Below, one piece after another: positions 61,301-64,000 of a DNA stretch of 64,000 nt. Position numbers and translations under genes: made by a program. This DNA comes from Cytophagaceae bacterium (GTDB lineage Bacteria > Bacteroidota > Bacteroidia > Cytophagales > UBA9547): NCBI GenBank assembly GCA_027488865.1, contig JAIYAU010000036.1, forward strand, positions 16,596 through 80,595, in the 5' to 3' direction. Within the stretch, counting starts at the first letter, position 1. Each line of letters starts with the position of its first letter. The notes below the pieces were generated by a model. That model ran no database searches. It was not told the DNA's origin and saw only the letters and a list, made by a program, of their open reading frames with translations.

Positions 61301-64000
61301 TACACAAGATGCGATTTGTATTGGTGATACAATTATTGCGCAGTTTAAAGAAGATCTAACCAACATCAAGTTGGGATGGGACTTTTCAGGGGGCGATAGT
61401 ATAAGAAATTCAGTAGATATCTATGATGTAAGTTGGACTACAAGTGGTTTAAAACCTATTACTGTAATAGCCACTAATACTATTAATGGCTGCTCAGGAA
61501 GTGCAACCAAACTTGTAGAAGTATATCCAAACCCAGTAGCAACAATTACAGGAAATGATACTGTTTGTAATGGGGTGAATGCGTCAAATATTATCATTAA
61601 TTTCACTTCAGGAACAAAACCTTGGATTTTTTCCTATGATGATGGCTCAATTAAACAAGACACCGCATATAGTTCACCTTATGTATTTAACGTAAGTCCA
61701 AGTGACACCACGGTTTACTCATTAATAAGTGTTTCAGACTCTAATTCCTGTACCAACATTGCTACTGGAACAGCCACTTTGGTTGTGAGGCCTACTCCAG
61801 AATTTGAGTTTAGCCAAAGTCAATCCATCTGTTTGGGAGATCAAGCACCTTTGGTTGGAAATTTAAAAATTGGCATACCTAATTGGTCTTTGATCTACCA
61901 AGATTCTTCCTCAAATGGAATTGTCCAAGACACGGTTTTATTTACCAAAAATATTGACACCTTTTTTGTTAGTCCAATAGTTACTACAAAATATAAAGTT
62001 GTGAGAGGTTTTGATGCCTCTGGCTGTGATGCCATTTATGACGACGAACAATCAAGTCCGATCATTATTGTTTCTCCAAAACCAAGTACCACATTTAACA
62101 TTACCCCTGGTAAATGTTTAGCTGATACCATTATAGCCACTTACACTGGCACATCTCCAAGCGCTAATTTTACTTGGGATTTTGGAGGTGGATCGAGTGC
62201 AAAACCAATTAATGATGTGGGGCCGCATAGTTTATTATACCCTAACTCAGGCTTAAAAAAGGTAAAATTAACGGTAGAAGAAAATGGATGTAGCGTAACT
62301 GATTCTGCGGTTACCAATATTAATCCTTCTCCTACGGCCACCTTAATAAATAATGGCCTAAGTACCGTTTGTGCTGGCGACAATGTGGTATTAGACCTTA
62401 CCTTTACTGCTGGCGTGCCGCCATTTAAATATACTTACAAAGAAGGAAATACCACCAAAACTGATTCAACTGTAAATAGTGTGGCAAATATTGCCTCAAA
62501 TCCAATAGATACCATTGTATTTAGGTTATTAACGATACAGGATGCCACTTGTAGTAATATATCGAACGACAGCGTGGTAGTGAATGTGAAACCATTGCCA
62601 ACTATTTCATTTACTGGTTTAGCATCAAATTATTGTAGTTCACAAGGCGAAATTACTTTTAGCTCTAACAGACTTGATACATTTAGAATAGCTCCTGCAA
62701 CTGTTGGTTTCACTAACCTAGTTGGATTGGGCCAGGGTAAATTTAACCCAACTGCTGCAGGAATTGGATTATATACCATAAGTCAAACCCATATAGGTGC
62801 CAATGGTTGTACAAATACCCGTAATCAGGATGTATTGGTTGATACGCCTCCTACCTCTGCAGATTTTGATTTTGAACCACTCTACTGTGCTGGAGTTGAC
62901 ACCGTTTTATTTCCAAGTACCAATTTCGGGGTATTTACTATTGTTCCTGCCACTGGTTTAGCATTTAATGATAGCACTGGTTCAATTTTCCCAATACAAA
63001 GTACATTGGGCACGTATACCATTACCAACACGGTAGATGGTGGTGCTTGTGCCTCTGTTAGTGCTAGTGATATTGTGGTTATTTATCCTCAAGCGGGGTT
63101 ACCAATTATAACGAATTTGGCTGATACCTTATCTTGTAGCCAAGATTCTTCCGTTATCACCTATAAATTAACACCAGTTACGGGCAATACTTATGAGTGG
63201 AATGTATTTGGTGGTACTATTAAAGGCGATTCTATTTTGGATAGTGTTATTGTGAAATGGAACAAATTGAGTTTTCAAAAGTCAATTTCTGTAGTCGCTT
63301 CAAATAAGTTTTGTTTTGATACAAGTAGTTTTGCAGTCTATGTAGATACCATTGTCATTGATGTTCGTTACGTTACAGATTCCATAGGCAATGATAATGT
63401 CATCCAACTAAACTGGTTGGCAGCATCCAGTGTTAACCCTAATGATTCGGTGTTTATCTATCGCAGAACGAATTTACCAGACTTAGGCCCATGGGAGACT
63501 ATTGCAAAAGTGCCTATGAGTGTTTCTTTTGTCAATTACATAGATACGACTAATACCCTGTTAACAGGTTTAATAAGCTACGAATATCGTGTTGGAGCCA
63601 TTAATGCTTGCGGTGATACCTTATTTTCTGCGGCACATCGTACAATAGTAACTAAGGTAACAGGTAATGAGGATAAAGGTCAGGTGTATTTGGATTATAA
63701 CTCTTACCAACCATGGACACCCAAAGAGTACCAGATATGGAGACAACTAGATAATGAGACAGAGTTTACCCTTTACCAAACCGTATATAATCTAGACTCT
63801 GTGCTTACCTTTAATAATGCCACAGATGATGGGTTTAACCAATGTTATCGTGTTTTGGCTATAAGGGATATTCTAACCAATGTGCGTACAGATAGCTCTT
63901 GGTCTAACATCGCTTGTGTTAATTTTAAAAATAAGGTTAAAATTTACAACACCTTTACACCAAATAGTAATGATGTAAACTCCACATTCTACGTTGATAA
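52350..64000 (+). CDS. Giant T9SS type B cargo adhesin (SprB/PKD-like Ig repeats), over 3,880 aa, 3'-truncated; missing from the ORF track
   Basis: ATG 52350 gives MKKLLYLFISLAFTAVSFA-Q; the same frame at 63942 reads IYNTFTPNSNDVNSTFYVD (start of a type B CTD); the track lists no long + ORF here, consistent with no stop inside the window. Confidence 0.92.
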   Translation, partial: MKKLLYLFISLAFTAVSFAQVQIVSVDTTGESCEGADDGRIFITTTSGALPITYFVSGGSFNATIIQNFDTLTVKNLPAQNYVVVAQDINGDFDFKSFDISAGRAISTPIITSNAPLCLNNILTFSAASDAGASYQWTGPNSFTSTNQSFFITNVTAANAGNYDVYATGLGKQSKVCSSAVATKNVVISPVPNSSFTISKASPCVNENITLTFTGSAQSGALYDWNPAGGNISGPDNLKTVRWSTSGPKNVTLQVSNNGCLSTTTTRLVNVVNQPQAVISGIDTICIGQSSNLTITFTGTAPWIYTYNNAGTPATINTSNNPATIVVSPSVTTNYFGTSINDAQCAGVPTGLATINVNSAPSASIKDTTIAVCNGSSTTIPISFSGTAPFNYQYTDGTTTFSGTSNTISSSITVNPSVSTTYSLVSVTDGICSGTVSGTSVINVSPSPTSTFTIPSTSCLNSDVTVTYTGSASPTASYNWNFGGGVVVSGSGQGPHQIRWLTTGPKTVRLTVSENGCTSSQTTNNITILTRPDVRLITSNQSICAGNSVTLSFLSSGTAPYTYQFTDGTTTFSRTTSSVLSTSLLSPSTTSTYSIVSVGDANCTNGTFSGTTVVTVRPVPTSTFSVSPAGLCTNQAATITYTGTGNAGATYNWTFAGGTPASATGQGPHNVSWSAPGTNNVSLSVVQSSCPSTVTTTPVTVINQPTATISGANTICSGNSTNLSVSFTGTAPYNFTYSDGSTSTSVTTSSNPHVIAVSPATTRTYTLTAFNDNNCNGTFGGSAAITVNPTPTLTTSTTQNVCSGLTSNIALISNPTGASFSWIIGTITGSVTGGIAGSGNTIAQTLTGTGTIQYIVTPTSGSCVGNPTTITVTVSPIPTLTTATTANVCSGNNANISLTSSPSGATFAWTLGAITGSVSGASNGSGSTISQVLTGNGTVDYLVTPTLGSCVGSTSTITVTVSPTPTVTTSTTSSICSGDVTSISLTSNPSGATFNWTIGAITGVVSGATSGSGNSIAQTLTGNGTVAYQVTPTIGSCAGTTTNIIVTVNPSPVLTTSTSQTACSGNVTNIALTSNPLGAIFTWTIGTITGTASGAIAGSGSTIAQTLNGVGTIEYIVTPTIGTCVGIPTIITVSVSNSSTVTTPNTAIVCSGNTSNIALTSSPSGASFSWVIGTVTGSASGASSGSGSVIAQTLTGSGTIQYIVTPSFGSCTGTPLTITVTVSPLPNMTVATTGSLCSGATTNIPLSSSPSGSTFAWTIGTITGIVTGGSAGGGNNISQTLTGNGTVEYIVTPTRNGCAGNSRTITITVLPTPAVTTSSTFSICSGNSTNIPLTSNPVGATFAWTIGTITGTASGAIAGSGTNINQVLTGTGSIAYLVTPTLGTCVGTTTTITVNVSGPPVLSSSTTNTICSGGTTSINLTSVPSGASFNWTTGLITGTVSGFSSGSGTAINQTLNGLGTVDYLVTPSFGSCVGSTSTITVTVTNPPVLTSPTTYSICEGNTTAISLTSNPTGASFSWTVGVVTGTASGAANGTGSSINQTLTGSGTVEYLVTPSITGCSGAATSIIVTVNPGPTVSTASSTNICSGSQTNLLLVSNPIGASFTYTTSLSGGTVTGFSNGSGSPIQQTLTGNGTVDYLVTPTLAGCIGTPSTISVNVNDGVIASTSSSTNICSGGQTNLVLTSTPAGATYSYTTSSTGTVAGFSNGIGSPIQQTLVGNGTVTYLVTPSLGACLGTPLSITVTVDPPSTVSTVSPTSICTGAQTNLVLTSSPVGATFNYTTSSTGTVSGFSDGSGSPIQQTLTGTGTVTYAVTPSFGGCLGTTSNIVVNVNPPPDASFIVPPACVNTNTSIQYFGSAPPSATYNWNFGGATVVPPGTGIGPHSVSWSTPGNKTVTLQVTENGCTSSLNSVVVAVNSAPDVTISGDTTLCQGGSPILYFNFNGIAPYDFTYSNGSNNFPTNSPSDSYADLVPTPPGLGTTTYQVTSLTDASGCTGTFTGTAVVNVGNAPTASIIGDTSVCTGSPAFVRIRFNGVAPFSYTYDDGSGPISASTNNNVEVINIASVAAGVTYTLSNVKDANCDAIISKSTAVMSITPGPDASFIVPPACINTNTSIQYFGSAPPSAIYNWNFGGATVVPPGTGIGPHSVSWSTPGNKTVTLQVTENGCTSSLNSVVVAVNSAPDVTISGDTTLCQGGSPVLYFNFNGIAPYDFTYSDGSNNFPTNSATDSYADLVPTSPGLGATTYQVTSLTDASGCTGTFTGAAVVNVIAAPTASITNDTTICEGADAFVRFNFSGLAPFTYTYNDGVKDSTVTTNNLVEIVNIPAVLANVTYTLVAVSDVNCDAIITSNTATINIVTKPVAAFDATNPIVACLNNDVTFTYTGAPVTSYQWGFDNPTTISDPDLTTAGPYAASWNTLGVKNIYLIVSDGSCVSDTAKLALTIQNAPTVVVTGDTTICSGNFAILKVAFTGTPIWILEWIDEQGTPKSKDFTVANDTIMVNPLSTYNYEFSQVTDAALCPNTIIPSKVNVNVEDTPTPDFSVSPPVSCGNSDVLVKYQSVIDPEMKFVWDFDGQSSLNPTGNSQEYNVQWNTSGIKNLQVTVTDTLSGCSASVGNSVTINPIVSATLSGNDTVCSGTSASKIQVDFTGVKPWIFTYNVNGSPVTDTADVTPYLIPTNPTVNSTYSLVSVIDSNNCSGNVSGTSDVIVKLLPDATIRKSEVICLGDTVGLQALLKVGTPSWTLVYSDSSSLGINIDTLNSNSIVDSIFVSPTVYTAYKVISVTDASGCTALLNDEQPPTVSVDSLPIASFVVSPSAICLDQDVTITFTGDVLFSPSYSWHFDNNTLPLDSTLVGPHIAQYNTTGNKTIRLILKDNATGCLSDTAFGNVLIQGAPTAVISGDTTICSGTQAFIKVVSTGTAPFTVNFNDESGPSQVTLSNLTDYISVSPTSQFIYALDSIKDNLGCINSNIPGSVQVDVNPSPLAVIAVTQDAICIGDTIIAQFKEDLTNIKLGWDFSGGDSIRNSVDIYDVSWTTSGLKPITVIATNTINGCSGSATKLVEVYPNPVATITGNDTVCNGVNASNIIINFTSGTKPWIFSYDDGSIKQDTAYSSPYVFNVSPSDTTVYSLISVSDSNSCTNIATGTATLVVRPTPEFEFSQSQSICLGDQAPLVGNLKIGIPNWSLIYQDSSSNGIVQDTVLFTKNIDTFFVSPIVTTKYKVVRGFDASGCDAIYDDEQSSPIIIVSPKPSTTFNITPGKCLADTIIATYTGTSPSANFTWDFGGGSSAKPINDVGPHSLLYPNSGLKKVKLTVEENGCSVTDSAVTNINPSPTATLINNGLSTVCAGDNVVLDLTFTAGVPPFKYTYKEGNTTKTDSTVNSVANIASNPIDTIVFRLLTIQDATCSNISNDSVVVNVKPLPTISFTGLASNYCSSQGEITFSSNRLDTFRIAPATVGFTNLVGLGQGKFNPTAAGIGLYTISQTHIGANGCTNTRNQDVLVDTPPTSADFDFEPLYCAGVDTVLFPSTNFGVFTIVPATGLAFNDSTGSIFPIQSTLGTYTITNTVDGGACASVSASDIVVIYPQAGLPIITNLADTLSCSQDSSVITYKLTPVTGNTYEWNVFGGTIKGDSILDSVIVKWNKLSFQKSISVVASNKFCFDTSSFAVYVDTIVIDVRYVTDSIGNDNVIQLNWLAASSVNPNDSVFIYRRTNLPDLGPWETIAKVPMSVSFVNYIDTTNTLLTGLISYEYRVGAINACGDTLFSAAHRTIVTKVTGNEDKGQVYLDYNSYQPWTPKEYQIWRQLDNETEFTLYQTVYNLDSVLTFNNATDDGFNQCYRVLAIRDILTNVRTDSSWSNIACVNFKNKVKIYNTFTPNSNDVNSTFYVD
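54720..57845 (+). repeat. Twelve tandem PKD-like repeats of about 87 aa
   Basis: Conserved Cys codons at 54753, 55014, 55275, 55536, 55797, 56058, 56319, 56580, 56841, 57102, 57363 and 57621 (261 bp period, last 258). Confidence 0.9.
57846..59417 (+). repeat. Tandem 786 bp duplication within the adhesin
   Basis: CCAGATGCTAGCTTTATTGTACCACCTGCCTGT at 57846 and 58632; near-identical for about the first 500 bp, then more diverged. Confidence 0.9.

Noticed and set aside
53525-62383. Many short minus-strand and off-frame ORFs in the track
   Set aside because: They are shadows of the giant adhesin frame and mirror its repeat period.

Overview
A 64 kb AT-rich chromosomal window from a Bacteroidota bacterium, most likely Cytophagales. 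This assignment rests on TAnnTTTG promoters, the pdxJ/nadK/DUF6089/uppS/bamA/ompH synteny and type IX secretion (T9SS) genes. Bases 1-42.7 kb are mostly housekeeping genes: gapN, clpS, recR, pdhB, sbcD, pdxJ, nadK, uppS, bamA, two ompH/skp, pfkA, purU, rlmD, pyrR, pyrB, pth, truA, serC and proS. Bases 43.2-49.9 kb hold the most interesting locus, a seven-gene surface-fibre cassette. It encodes a small type A CTD protein, a tail-fibre-like repeat protein without a CTD, a small type B CTD protein, PorP/SprF, a TPR-PD40 lipoprotein, an ECF sigma and a putative anti-sigma. The same GCAACC-N16-TATC motif lies before the first gene and before the sigma gene. After hemJ and a short degenerate zone, a giant adhesin gene of more than 3,880 codons starts at 52350 and runs off the window inside its type B CTD; the ORF track omits it. 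In-frame poly-T runs in bamA and pyrB look like consensus errors. No rRNA, tRNA, CRISPR array, transposase or integrase was seen. All family calls come from reading motifs by eye, not from database searches.
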